Shown one piece after another: positions 7,993 through 19,200 of a stretch of DNA of 25,167 nt (the first letter of the stretch is position 1; each line of letters starts with the position of its first letter). The stretch is taken from assembly GCA_030668425.1 (NCBI GenBank), contig DAOUTY010000001.1:1-25167 (forward strand), given 5' to 3'. This DNA is from Chloroflexota bacterium (GTDB lineage Bacteria > Chloroflexota > Dehalococcoidia > SZUA-161). The position numbers and the translations under genes are program-made. The notes under the pieces are model-generated. The model worked only from the letters and a program-made list of their open reading frames with translations. It was not told the DNA's origin and did no database searches.

Positions 7993-8880
7993 ATGGATGA
8001 AGTGAGCGATGAGTTTTTTCTCCCCCCAAGGTCTTTCGGTGGTATATCTCCTCTCATTACCACCTTTGATCAAGCAAAGGTGGCAGTTTTACCTGTACCC
8101 TACGACAGCACCACTGAGTACAAAAGCGGCACCAGGGAAGGGCCCCAAGCAATCATCGATGCCTCACGATTCTTAGAGCTTTATGACATTGAGCTAGACC
8201 GAGAAATCAGCGAAGTAGGCATTTATACCCTCTCCGAAGTCCAGCCCCTGATGAGCGGGCCCGAGCCGATGATGGAACGGGTTTATCAAATAACGAGTGA
8301 CTTGCTTGATAAAGGCAAACTCCTGGCGATGTTGGGCGGCGAGCATTCCCTTACTCTGGGCACAGTTAAAGCCCATCGGGAAAGGTACCCCGAACTCTCC
8401 GTGTTACACCTGGATGCTCACGCCGACCTGCGCGATCAATATCAGGGAACGAAATACAGCCACGCCTGCGTAATGCGCCGAGTTTGGGAGATTTGCCCCG
8501 TCGTCCACGTGGGCATTCGTAGCCTCAGTCGGGAGGAACACGAGTTTCTGAGTCAACGCAAAATCGAGCCCTTTTATGCTGAAGCCTCAACCGGTTCAGA
8601 CTTTGTAGCCCGGGTTTCCTCCACCCTTTCACCTCAGGTGTATATCTCGATCGACCTAGATGTACTCGATCCCTCAATCATGTCAGCGGTGGGCACCCCT
8701 GAACCTGGGGGGTTAGGCTGGCAACAAGTGCTGGAGTTGCTGCGTGCGGTAGCCGATAGCAAACAAATCGTTGGCTTTGACATCATGGAACTCTGCCCTC
8801 ATGAGGGGCCGAACGCATGTGCCTTCCTCGCTGCCAAACTGGCCTACAAACTTGTGGGATATGCCACATCAACAAGATGA
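7993..8880 (+). CDS. speB: agmatinase (ureohydrolase family)
   Basis: PYDSTTEYKSGTREGP, GGEHS, DAHADLRD, SIDLDVLDP, GTPEPGG metal-binding motifs. Confidence 0.92.
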   Translation: MDEVSDEFFLPPRSFGGISPLITTFDQAKVAVLPVPYDSTTEYKSGTREGPQAIIDASRFLELYDIELDREISEVGIYTLSEVQPLMSGPEPMMERVYQITSDLLDKGKLLAMLGGEHSLTLGTVKAHRERYPELSVLHLDAHADLRDQYQGTKYSHACVMRRVWEICPVVHVGIRSLSREEHEFLSQRKIEPFYAEASTGSDFVARVSSTLSPQVYISIDLDVLDPSIMSAVGTPEPGGLGWQQVLELLRAVADSKQIVGFDIMELCPHEGPNACAFLAAKLAYKLVGYATSTR

Positions 8881-9117
8881 GCTATCCAAAGGCCCGCATA
8901 ACGTGCCTCAGGCTGCACATGATGGAGATCGTGCAATGTCCTGAATAGGTTCAGCTTTCCCAAGGCAGCTGTACTATTCCCACTGACTCTCTATCGGACT
9001 ATTTTCCTACTGCCAACTACCAGATAGAACTATTGTCCTCTCCCCAGAACGTGCGTTAATGTTTATGTAGTATGCTGCAACAGATTATGCCCCCTACAGA
9101 TGCAAAGGAAACAAGAC

Positions 9118-11445
9118 ATGGCGAAAAGAAATAAGCCGACGCGAGGTAAAACGCGCCCAAACACTGTTCAACCAGCAATAACGCTGCTGGACAGGTTGAG
9201 CGCTTTCGCGGACGCATCCGTGGACGCTTTCATCGTGATCGACGAGAACCTTAACTTTGTGAGTATAAACCCCGCCACGCAAAAGCTGTTCAACCTCTCG
9301 GAAGAAGATGTGGTTGGGAAGAATGTCCTGGATGTTGTGCCCGACATCAAAGAAACCGGAAGATACGACAGGTATCTGAATGTTATCAAATCCGGGGAGC
9401 CGTTCTCTGCTGATAATATCATCGTACACCCAAAGTTTGGAAACAGAACTTTAAACATCAAAGCATTCAAGGTGGGAAGCGAACTGGGAATAATAGCCAG
9501 TGATATCACCGAACTCAAGCAGATGGAAGAGCCATTTCGGGAAAACGAGGAACGCCTCCGCTCCCTATATTCCGCCATGAACGAAGGCGTTTGCCTTCAT
9601 GAGATTATCTATGATGAATCAGGACAAGCAGCAGACTATAGAATCATATATGTCAACCCAGCCTATGAGTCACTTCTCGGCTTAAGCAGAGAAAAGGCCA
9701 TAGGAAGCAAAGCATCGGAACTCTATGGGACAGGCAAACCACCTTACTTGGAACTCTATGCGAAGGTGGCGGATTCAGGAGAACCCCTCTCATTTGAAAC
9801 CTATTTCCCGCAAATAGAAATGCACTTCCTCATCTCCGTTTTCTCCCCCCGCAAAGGGCAGTTCGCAACAGTATTCACCGATGTCACCCGGCACAAGAAG
9901 GCGGTAGAGGCCTTACAAAAGAGTGAGGCACACTACCGCCTGCTCGCCGAAAACGTGCAAGATGTTATCTGGACAATGGATATGGATCTGAGATTTACCT
10001 CTATCAGCCCCTCAGTTGAGCGTTTGCGAGGCTACACCGTTGACGAGGCGATGGCACAGGGCATGGAAGAAGCTTTGACTCCTGCTTCTCTTGAAGTTGC
10101 TTTAAAGGCTTTTGAGGATGAGTTGGCCGTAGAAAAAACGGAGCGCAAGAGTTGGTTCCGGTCTCGGATGCTGGAACTGGAGCAGGCCTGCAAAGATGGC
10201 TCCACAATCTGGACCGAGATGAGAATAACCTTCCTGCGCGATCAAGACGGGCAGCCCGTTGGGATCCTGGGAGTAACTCGCGATATCACCGAACGCAAAA
10301 GGGTAGAGGAGGATTTGCGCCAAAGCGAGCACAACTATAGAGTGTTATTCGAGAGCACAATTGACGGTATAGGCGTCATCGATGCCGAAACTATGAAATT
10401 CGTGCTCGCCAATGACAAAGCGGCGGCGATGTTCGAACTCGATTCCATAGAGGATGCGATCGGGGTCAACCCTCTTGACTTCATCCATCCCGACGATAGA
10501 GATAGGGTCGCCAGGATTATCATAGAAGATATGTTTGAAAAAGACCTGCGTGAGATTATCGAATTTCGGGCGTTCACCAAAGATGGCAGGGAAGTATGGA
10601 TAAGCGCTGTAGGTACAAGAACCGAATACCAGGGTAGATTAGCAGGCCTCGTTTCAGTCAGAGATATCACCGAGCGCAAGAAGGCAGAAGAGGAGAAACA
10701 AAGGATGGAAGAGCAGCTTCAACTCGCCGGCCGTTTGGCTGCAGTTGGTCAACTGGCGGCAGGTGTTGCCCACGAGTTGAACAACCCCCTCAGCGCAGTT
10801 CAAGGGTTCGCCCAATTTCTGACCGAAAGGGACAACCTCGACGAAACCACAAAGAGCGGTGTGGAAACCATCTACAGGGAGGCTCAACGCGCTGCTAAAA
10901 TCACCCGGAATCTCCTTTCCTTCAGCCGTACGTACGCTCCTGAAAAGAGCCTCATTTCGATAAACGAAGTCATTGAGAAAACTCTGGATCTCAACACCCA
11001 CCGTCTACAGGTCAACAACATAGGGTTGTCTGTGAAACTAGAGCCTGGTCTTCTTAAAACCATGGCCGATCCAGACCAAATGCAGCAGGTCTTTGCGAAC
11101 ATTATCAACAATGCAGAGCAGGCTATGTTAGGGGGCCCGGATAGGGGAAAGCTTTATATCAAAACGCAAAAGGTGGGCGACAATATCAGAATAGCTTTTA
11201 CTGACAACGGGCCAGGTGTCTCGGAAGAGAACCTCAAGAAGATATTTGACCCGTTTTTCACGACCAAGGAGGTGGGGAAAGGCACTGGGCTAGGTCTGAG
11301 CATCTGCTATGGCCTCGTCGAGGGTCATGGTGGCCATATATATGCTTACAGCAAGCCTGGCAAGGGTGCAACCTTCACTATCGAGATACCCATCGTATCT
11401 GAAGAGCATCATGTTGCTGAGCAGCCTGACCTGGTCTACAACTAA
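9118..11445 (+). CDS. soluble sensor histidine kinase with four PAS/PAC domains (NtrB-like HisKA + HATPase_c)
   Basis: Four PAS repeats ending in ..DITE/DVTR. H-box AHELNNPL, N-box [30 protein letters not shown]. No transmembrane helix evident. ATG 9118 follows AAAGGA. Confidence 0.93.
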   Translation: MAKRNKPTRGKTRPNTVQPAITLLDRLSAFADASVDAFIVIDENLNFVSINPATQKLFNLSEEDVVGKNVLDVVPDIKETGRYDRYLNVIKSGEPFSADNIIVHPKFGNRTLNIKAFKVGSELGIIASDITELKQMEEPFRENEERLRSLYSAMNEGVCLHEIIYDESGQAADYRIIYVNPAYESLLGLSREKAIGSKASELYGTGKPPYLELYAKVADSGEPLSFETYFPQIEMHFLISVFSPRKGQFATVFTDVTRHKKAVEALQKSEAHYRLLAENVQDVIWTMDMDLRFTSISPSVERLRGYTVDEAMAQGMEEALTPASLEVALKAFEDELAVEKTERKSWFRSRMLELEQACKDGSTIWTEMRITFLRDQDGQPVGILGVTRDITERKRVEEDLRQSEHNYRVLFESTIDGIGVIDAETMKFVLANDKAAAMFELDSIEDAIGVNPLDFIHPDDRDRVARIIIEDMFEKDLREIIEFRAFTKDGREVWISAVGTRTEYQGRLAGLVSVRDITERKKAEEEKQRMEEQLQLAGRLAAVGQLAAGVAHELNNPLSAVQGFAQFLTERDNLDETTKSGVETIYREAQRAAKITRNLLSFSRTYAPEKSLISINEVIEKTLDLNTHRLQVNNIGLSVKLEPGLLKTMADPDQMQQVFANIINNAEQAMLGGPDRGKLYIKTQKVGDNIRIAFTDNGPGVSEENLKKIFDPFFTTKEVGKGTGLGLSICYGLVEGHGGHIYAYSKPGKGATFTIEIPIVSEEHHVAEQPDLVYN

Positions 11446-11456
11446 AGGGGTGTAAG

Positions 11457-12188
11457 ATGAAGGAACACACAGGAACAATACTAATAGTCGATGACGAAGA
11501 GTCCATCAGGGATATCCTTTGCCGCAAGTTGCAGTCACAGGGCTATGACTGCGTAGCCGCAGTCAACGGCAAAGATGCGCTCTGGAAGGCATTCATGCAA
11601 GATTTTGACTTGGTTTTTATGGATATCAAGATGCCAGGGATGTCGGGAATGGAGGTGCTGCCCAAGATGATCACCGACCACCCCGATACCTGTGTAATCA
11701 TGGTTACAGCCGTGTCCGACATACAAACGGCCGTGGAAGCCATGAAGCTGGGAGCATATGACTACCTGCCCAAACCTTTCAACCTGGATGATCTCATAAT
11801 GAGGACAGAAAGGGCTCTGGAAAGAAGGAGATTGGTACTGGATAACAAGCAATATCAACTTCGACTGGAGCAGAGGGTTGAACAGCAAGCAGGACAGATA
11901 CAGCAGTACCATAGCGAGGCCACTGAGGCGCTCAGCCGAGAGCAAGCAGCTCTAGCGGAGATGGAGGCTACTCGCCAGCCGCTGAGAGAAGAGTCAAAAA
12001 TGGAGGCAAGAGCCGACGGAGAGACATCGAGTCCTGCCAAAGGACTCGCCAAAAAGCTGTCTCAGCTATTGGGCGGCAAAACGCCCGGTTCCGCAGACGG
12101 CAGAAGTGATACTGCACACACACAAACAGACGCGACAAGCGAGGAGACTCGGGAGGCACTTCCCCAAGGACAAGTGAAAGAAGCATGA
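11457..12188 (+). CDS. response regulator (receiver domain plus coiled coil and low-complexity tail)
   Basis: ILIVDDEESIR, DLVFMDIKMPGMSG (phospho-Asp), MVT, YLPKPF. No recognisable output domain follows. Confidence 0.9.
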   Translation: MKEHTGTILIVDDEESIRDILCRKLQSQGYDCVAAVNGKDALWKAFMQDFDLVFMDIKMPGMSGMEVLPKMITDHPDTCVIMVTAVSDIQTAVEAMKLGAYDYLPKPFNLDDLIMRTERALERRRLVLDNKQYQLRLEQRVEQQAGQIQQYHSEATEALSREQAALAEMEATRQPLREESKMEARADGETSSPAKGLAKKLSQLLGGKTPGSADGRSDTAHTQTDATSEETREALPQGQVKEA

Positions 12189-12329
12189 AGAGAAGCCACA
12201 CATCAGGTGAATCCGTCCTCTATCCAAGAAAGTTGTCCAGTAGGGAAAGCCTGAAACGCAGAGTACGCTTGCCTGCGCAACAGCTATAGGCCATTTGGCC
12301 AAATTAATAGAATTTGCCTGCCCTATCTA

Positions 12330-12358
12330 TTGACAAATGCATCAAGCGGTGTTAGCAT
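12330..12358 (+). promoter_or_regulatory. sigma70-type promoter for rpoBC
   Basis: TTGACA (12330-12335), 17 nt, TAGCAT (12353-12358) with a TGn extension, about 120 nt upstream of the rpoB ATG. Confidence 0.75.
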
Positions 12359-12480
12359 TTGCGTTTGTGGGATGGAACCTTCTCTTATTCCCAACTTGTC
12401 TCCAACATCATTAACTCTAGGGCTAACTATATCTACGTCACTCTCTTGTTCTAATCTCACTTACTGAGAGGTATTAAACC

Positions 12481-15400
12481 ATGACTTTGTCAATGTCCCG
12501 ATATCCGGGGGTGAGGAAGTCCTATGCCAGAATACCCCCCCTCCTAGAAACACCCAACCTCATCCAGATTCAGCAGGAGTCCTATCGCTGGGCCTGCGAT
12601 CCGTCCCTCGGCGGAGGGCTCAGGGAGTTGTTCGACGAGGTCTCGCCAATTAAGGACTTCACCGGCAAACGTTACGAGCTCCATTTCACAAGCTATGGGT
12701 TCGGTAGCAGCGCTGAGGTGCCGGAGTTTGAGGACGAGAAATCCTTCTGGGAATACATGTGGGCTGCCGCCAAGTACTCACCACAGGAGTGCTATGAACG
12801 CGATGTTACCTACGCTATGCCGCTAAAGGTAAAGGTACAGCTGGTTATCAAGGAGACGGGGGAGATCAAAGAGCAAGATATATTCATGGGAGATTTCCCC
12901 CTGATGACCCCTAAGGGCACCTTTATCGTCAACGGGGCCGAGCGAGTTGTGGTTAGCCAGTTGGTTCGTTCCCCGGGAGTTTACTTTACCCTCAATGAGG
13001 ACCCGGCTACCGGACGGAGGCTGTGTTCCGCCAAACTAATACCTAACCGTGGCGCATGGCTAGAGTTCGAGACCAGTAGCCACGACCTGATCACGGTGAA
13101 GGTTGACCGAAAACGAAAGATCCCGGCTACCACCCTGATCCGTGCTATCAGCGACTCGGAGCACAGCTATGGCACCGACGAGGAAGTGATGGCCCTCTTC
13201 GCTGATGTGGACACCAACCCTGACCACAGCTATATCCAGACCACCATCGAACGCGAGCCAGCAGTTAAGAGCGAGGATGAGGCATTAATCGATCTATACA
13301 AGCGCCTGAGACCCGGAGATCCCCCTACGCTCGACAATGCCCGCGCGCTGGTAAACGCCCTTTTCTTCAACCCCCGGCGCTACGATCTGGGCAAGGTGGG
13401 TCGCTATAAGCTCAGCAAGCGGCTTGGCCTCGAGCAAACACCCGCCCAAAGGGTTCTGGCTAAAGAGGACATCGTGGCGATTTTCCGCCAAATAGTAAGG
13501 CTCAACAACGGAGAGGATGGCCCCGATGATATCGACCACCTGGGCAACCGCCGGGTGCGGGCGGTGGGGGAACTACTGCAGAATCAGATCCGCGTTGGGC
13601 TACTCCGCATGGAGCGAGTGGTAAAGGAGCGCATGAGTCTGCTGCCACCGGACACGGCGACCCCTAGCACCTTGGTTAACAGTCGCCCCGTGGTAGCTGC
13701 TATTAGAGAGTTCTTCGGAAGTTCCCAGCTCTCTCAATTCATGGACCAGACCAACCCGCTAGCGGAACTAACGCACAAGCGTCGACTTTCAGCATTAGGC
13801 CCCGGAGGGCTATCACGCGATCGGGCAGGTTTCGATGTGCGCGACGTCCACTTCTCCCATTATGGCAGGATATGTCCCATTGAAACCCCTGAGGGCCCAA
13901 ACATTGGGCTCATCGGCTCCCTAGCCACCTATGCCAGAGTCAACGAATACGGCTTCATCGAGACTCCTTACCGCAGAGTAGTAAGGGACCTTGGCAACGA
14001 TTCCCCTGATCTCCGAGGCAAAACGCTTGCCCAGGATGTAACTAACTCTAAGGGCGCCGTCGTGGCAGAAGCGGGGTCTGTGATTACCGCTGAGATAGCC
14101 AACAAACTCTCAAGACTCTCTAAACAACGAATCAAGATCAAGCCTTTAGTCTCCCAAGAGATCATTTATCTCTCTGCGGATGAAGAGGAAAACTACGTTA
14201 TCGCTCAAGCCAACACCCTACTCGACGCCAATAACGAGTTCATTGAAGACAAAGTCGAGGTAAGGCATGGCGAGAAGTTTTTGCTGGAGGCACCGGATAG
14301 GGTTGACTTCATGGACGTATCGCCGAGACAAATCGTCAGTGTAACCACCTCGCTGATACCGTTTCTGGAGCATGACGATGCGAACCGAGCCCTCATGGGG
14401 TCCAACATGCAACGCCAGGCAGTCCCCCTGATCCTTCCCCAGTCTCCACTGATCGCCACCGGCATGGAGAAAGAAGCGGCTCGTGACAGTGGCCAAGTGC
14501 TTTTCGCTGCCTATGACGGGGAGGTAACATCGGTCTCGTCCAATGAGATTGTGGTCAGGTACGACAAGGAAAAGGAGCAGGTTTTCCCCTTAACCAAATT
14601 TGCCCGCTCAAATCAAGGAACCTGCATTAACCAAAGGCCAGTGGTGAACAAAGGGGATCGGATCAAGCAGGGTCAGGTTCTGGTAGACGGCTCGTCCACG
14701 GAAGGAGGCGAGCTCGCTCTGGGGCAAAACGTCCTTTGTGCCTTCCTGAGCTGGGAAGGCTATAACTACGAGGATGCTATAGTCATCTCGGAGAACATAG
14801 TCAAAGAGGACAGGTTTACATCGGTTCACATCGACAAACACGAGATTGAGGCCAGGGATACCAAATTGGGCCCCGAGGAGATAACGAGGGACATACCTAA
14901 CATAGGGGAGGAAAGCCTGCGTCATCTCGATGAATTTGGCATTATCCGAGTAGGCGCCGAAGTCGGGTCTGGCGATATCCTGGTAGGAAAGATCACCCCC
15001 AAAGGCGAAAGAGGGCTCACTGCTGAAGAGAAGCTCCTGCGGGCCATCTTCGGCGAAAAGGCTCGTGAGGTTAAGGATACCTCGCTCAGAGTGCCGCACG
15101 GTGAATATGGGAAGGTGATCGATGTCAGCGTTCTCACACGTGATGACGACCACGACCTTCCCCCAGGGGTCAACCAGATGGTACGGGTGTTTGTCGCTCA
15201 AATGCGAAAGGTCTGCGAGGGGGACAAAATGGCTGGCCGTCACGGCAACAAAGGGGTGATTGCCCGAATTGTGCCGGCGGAGGATATGCCTTTCTTACCC
15301 GATGGGCGACCGGTTGATATTATGCTCAGCCCGCTGGGGGTCCCATCTCGAATGAATATCGGACAACTTCTGGAGACACACCTGGGCTGGGCAGCAAAAA

Positions 15401-16239
15401 GCCTCGGCTTCAAGGCAATATCCCCAGTCTTCGATGGCGCCGATGATTCCGACCTCGAAGATGCTCTGGCGAAAGCATGGATAGTGCGCAAGGCTGGAGG
15501 GATCGACTGGGGTCACAATGGTGAGAGTGCCGTCCACCTAGAGCAAGCCAAGTCCTGGCTCGCCGAGCGTGGCTACGATGCTGAAAAGGTATTTAGTGAC
15601 GAGGTCACAGGCGAAGCAAGACAGGCCTGCCTCCGACTGTGGCTGGAGGAGCTGGGTGTAGACGCCTCTGCTCTGAGCGTCGAAGAGGTAGACAGGGCCG
15701 TAGAAAACATCAGTCACGAGAAAGGGATGTCGCCCCCTACCTTTGGCAAGACATTGCTTTACGATGGACGCACTGGCGAACCCCTCGACGACCCAGTGAC
15801 CGTGGGCTACATCTACGTGATGAAGCTAGTCCACTTAGTAGAGGATAAAGTCCACGCCCGCTCTACAGGTCCCTATTCATTGATAACACAGCAGCCACTG
15901 GGCGGCAAAGCCCAGTTCGGCGGCCAGCGTTTCGGTGAGATGGAGGTGTGGGCACTGGAAGCCTATGGCGCTGCCCACAACCTTCAGGAGATGCTCACTG
16001 TCAAATCCGATGATGTAGTGGGTAGAGTCAAAACCTACGAGTCCATAGTCAACGGCGAGGACATATTGGAAGCAGGGGTGCCAGAATCGTTCAAGGTGCT
16101 GGTCAAGGAGTTGCAAAGCCTCTGTTTGGCTACTGAGGTGCTCAATGAGGACGAGGAAAGGGTGACAAGCCTGATGGAAGCTGTAGCAGAAGCCCCGAGG
16201 CTGGGGATAAATCTGGCCGGATTTGAGGAGAGAGAGTAA
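12481..16239 (+). CDS. rpoB: DNA-directed RNA polymerase subunit beta
   Basis: [16 protein letters not shown], rifampicin region [63 protein letters not shown]. Confidence 0.99.
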   Translation: MTLSMSRYPGVRKSYARIPPLLETPNLIQIQQESYRWACDPSLGGGLRELFDEVSPIKDFTGKRYELHFTSYGFGSSAEVPEFEDEKSFWEYMWAAAKYSPQECYERDVTYAMPLKVKVQLVIKETGEIKEQDIFMGDFPLMTPKGTFIVNGAERVVVSQLVRSPGVYFTLNEDPATGRRLCSAKLIPNRGAWLEFETSSHDLITVKVDRKRKIPATTLIRAISDSEHSYGTDEEVMALFADVDTNPDHSYIQTTIEREPAVKSEDEALIDLYKRLRPGDPPTLDNARALVNALFFNPRRYDLGKVGRYKLSKRLGLEQTPAQRVLAKEDIVAIFRQIVRLNNGEDGPDDIDHLGNRRVRAVGELLQNQIRVGLLRMERVVKERMSLLPPDTATPSTLVNSRPVVAAIREFFGSSQLSQFMDQTNPLAELTHKRRLSALGPGGLSRDRAGFDVRDVHFSHYGRICPIETPEGPNIGLIGSLATYARVNEYGFIETPYRRVVRDLGNDSPDLRGKTLAQDVTNSKGAVVAEAGSVITAEIANKLSRLSKQRIKIKPLVSQEIIYLSADEEENYVIAQANTLLDANNEFIEDKVEVRHGEKFLLEAPDRVDFMDVSPRQIVSVTTSLIPFLEHDDANRALMGSNMQRQAVPLILPQSPLIATGMEKEAARDSGQVLFAAYDGEVTSVSSNEIVVRYDKEKEQVFPLTKFARSNQGTCINQRPVVNKGDRIKQGQVLVDGSSTEGGELALGQNVLCAFLSWEGYNYEDAIVISENIVKEDRFTSVHIDKHEIEARDTKLGPEEITRDIPNIGEESLRHLDEFGIIRVGAEVGSGDILVGKITPKGERGLTAEEKLLRAIFGEKAREVKDTSLRVPHGEYGKVIDVSVLTRDDDHDLPPGVNQMVRVFVAQMRKVCEGDKMAGRHGNKGVIARIVPAEDMPFLPDGRPVDIMLSPLGVPSRMNIGQLLETHLGWAAKSLGFKAISPVFDGADDSDLEDALAKAWIVRKAGGIDWGHNGESAVHLEQAKSWLAERGYDAEKVFSDEVTGEARQACLRLWLEELGVDASALSVEEVDRAVENISHEKGMSPPTFGKTLLYDGRTGEPLDDPVTVGYIYVMKLVHLVEDKVHARSTGPYSLITQQPLGGKAQFGGQRFGEMEVWALEAYGAAHNLQEMLTVKSDDVVGRVKTYESIVNGEDILEAGVPESFKVLVKELQSLCLATEVLNEDEERVTSLMEAVAEAPRLGINLAGFEERE

Positions 16240-19200
16240 TGCTCGAAGTAAACGACTTTACTACCATTCGCATCTCACTAGCCTCGCCAGAACAGATCAG
16301 GGGATGGTCCTATGGTGAGATTACCAAGCCTGAAACCCTCAACTATCGTACCCTAAAGCCGGAGAAGGACGGGCTCTTCTGCGAGAAAATCTTCGGCCCA
16401 ACCAAAGATTTCGAGTGCTACTGCGGCAAGTACAAGAAAGTCCGCTACAAGGGTATCGTCTGCGATAAGTGCGGTGTCGAGGTGGCTCGCTCCAAGGTCA
16501 GGAGAGAGCGTATGGGCCACATCTCACTGGCATCTCCGGTCAGCCATATCTGGTTCGTAAAGGGTACGCCCAGCCGTATGGGGTTACTACTCGATATATC
16601 CCCCCGTAATCTGGAGCACGTGATCTACTTCGCCAAATTTATCATTACCCATGTCGATGAGGAGAAAAAGCAGCAGGCGGTAAGACAGTTCCGCGATGAT
16701 GTCTCCCGAGAGATAGCGGAGTGGGAAAGGCTGCTGACCGAGAAGATCGAGGAGTTGAAGTCACAGGAGAATGCAGAGCAAGACAAGGAGAAAGTCTTGC
16801 AAGACATAAGCCATCTACAACAGCAGTTCGCGGACGGGAGAAGACAACTCGAGAACGAGCTCAAAACAAGGATCGGGGAGCTCGAGGACCTCGTGCCTCG
16901 AGGCCTGCTGAGCGCAGGCAACTATCGCGATCTAAAACAAAGATGGGGGAATGTCTTCAGCGCCGGTATGGGGGCGGAAGCCATGCTCGAAATCCTCGGC
17001 CATCTCGATCTGGAGCAGATGCGCCAGGAGCTTTACCAAGAGGCTGCCTTGAGCTCAGGACAGCGACGCAAGAAGGCAATCAAAAGGCTAAGAGTTGTCG
17101 AGGGCTTCCGCAAAAGCGGGAACAAGCCGGAATGGATGATTCTTACCGTGCTCCCCGTTTTGCCCCCCGAGTTACGCCCCATGGTTCAGCTCGACGGCGG
17201 CAGGTTTGCTACCAGCGACCTGAACGACCTATACCGCAGAGTGATCAACCGCAATAACCGCCTGCGGCGGCTGCTGCAGATCGGTGCGCCGCAGATCATC
17301 ATTCGCAACGAGAAACGAATGCTTCAGGAAGCAGTCGACTCCCTGATAGATAACGGGCGTCGGGGCAGGGCCGTGGTCACCGGAAATAACCATAAGCTGA
17401 AATCGCTTTCAGACATGCTGCGAGGCAAGCAGGGAAGGTTCAGGCAGAACCTCCTTGGCAAACGTGTGGACTACAGCGGGAGGTCGGTGATTATAGTCGG
17501 CCCTGAGTTGAAGCTCCACCAGTGCGGTCTGCCCAAGAGGATGGCCCTGGAGCTGTTCAAGCCCTTCATCATGCGGCGGTTGGTTGGCCGGGGGCTGGCC
17601 CTCAATATCAGAAGCGCCAAGCGGATCGTGGAGCGCGGCAAACCAGAGGTTTGGGATATCCTGGAGGAGGTAGTTAAGGATCGCCCCGTTTTACTCAATC
17701 GTGCGCCAACGCTACATAGATTGGGTATTCAGGCATTCCAGCCAGTGCTCATCGACGGCAGCGCTATCCAAATCCACCCCCTGGTCTGTGTTGCCTTTAA
17801 CGCTGACTTCGACGGCGACCAGATGGCGGTCCACGTGCCGCTATCGAGGGCTGCGATGGAAGAGGCAAATAAGGTAATGTTAAGTGTCTATAACATGATG
17901 CTGCCCAGTTCCGGTGAGCCTGTGGTGGCACCAACCCTGGACATTGTTCTGGGCTGCTACTACATGACCATGATAAGGGCCGGAATGAAGGGCGAGGGAA
18001 TGATCTTCAGCAACTTCGATGAGGCTAAGCTTGCCCATGAGCTGGATATCGTCGACCTCAGGGCCGAGATCGAGGCCAGAGAGCAAGTTAACGGGGCAAA
18101 GCGACTGAAGACCAGTGTTGGTCGTATCATTTTCAACGAGATTCTGCCCAAGGAACTCGGCTTTCGTAACCAGATCATGGATAAGAAGGCGTTGAAGGAT
18201 ATTGTTGCTGAATGCTATAGGCTCGTTGGTAACTGGGGCACCGCCACCATGGTGGACAACATCAAGCGGCTTGGTTTTCAATACGTCACCAAGTCAGGTA
18301 TCACCATCGCTGTTAACGATATTGAGGTGCCCAAGGAAAAGGCGAGTATTATAGAGGGAGCGGAAGGAAAAATCGCCGACATCGAGAAGCAGTTCCAGCG
18401 AGGATTGATCACTGAAGATGAGCGCTACACTAGCGCGGTGAAGGTATGGACACAGGCAACTGATGATCTTCAGGCTGCGCTGGAACGGTCTATGGATAAG
18501 TACAGCCCGATATACCTGATGGCATCATCCGGAGCCAAGGGAAATATCTCCCAGATTAGGCAGATGGCTGGGATGAGAGGCTTGATGACCGATCCCTCAG
18601 GCAGAATCATCGACCTGCCCATCAAGGCCAGTTTCCGAGAGGGCCTCGCGGTACTGGAGTACTTCATCTCTACCCATGGTGCTCGCAAAGGTCTGGCTGA
18701 CACAGCGCTGAGGACATCCGATAGCGGCTATCTCACCAGAAGGCTCATCGACGTGGCCCAGGAGGTGATTGTCAACGAGGAGGATTGCGGAACGCTATCA
18801 GGCATATGGCTCTCTGCGTCACCGGAGAAGATCATGTTGGCGTCCCTTACCGAGCGCATCGTGGGCCGCATCACTTCCAGCCCAATTGCCCACCCTGAAA
18901 GTGGCGAGATCATCGTAGACCGAAATGAGATGATTAACGAGGAGAATGGGGATGAGATCGCCAGGGCCGGGATCACCAGAGTTCAAGTCAGGTCTCCCCT
19001 CACTTGTCAGTCGCGTCGTGGCATCTGCCAGTTCTGCTACGGAAGAAGCCTCGCTGAGGGTAAGTTGGTGTCTACGGGGCAGGCAGTGGGGATTATCGCT
19101 GCCCAGAGTATAGGCGAGCCGGGAACCCAGCTTACCATGCGTACCTTCCACACAGGTGGCGTTGCCGGACTGGACATCACCAGCGGCCTGCCCCGCGTAG

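Noticed and set aside
13981-14150. ~55-aa insertion in RpoB after ETPYRRV
   Set aside because: Looks like a lineage-specific RNAP insertion of the kind expected in Chloroflexota. Taxonomically useful but probably not novel.
15481-15720. ~80-aa insertion in RpoB before [11 protein letters not shown], and the coiled-coil insertion in RpoC around 16650-16890
   Set aside because: Consistent with lineage-specific insertions I recall for Dehalococcoidia/Chloroflexota. GC is normal and there are no intein motifs.
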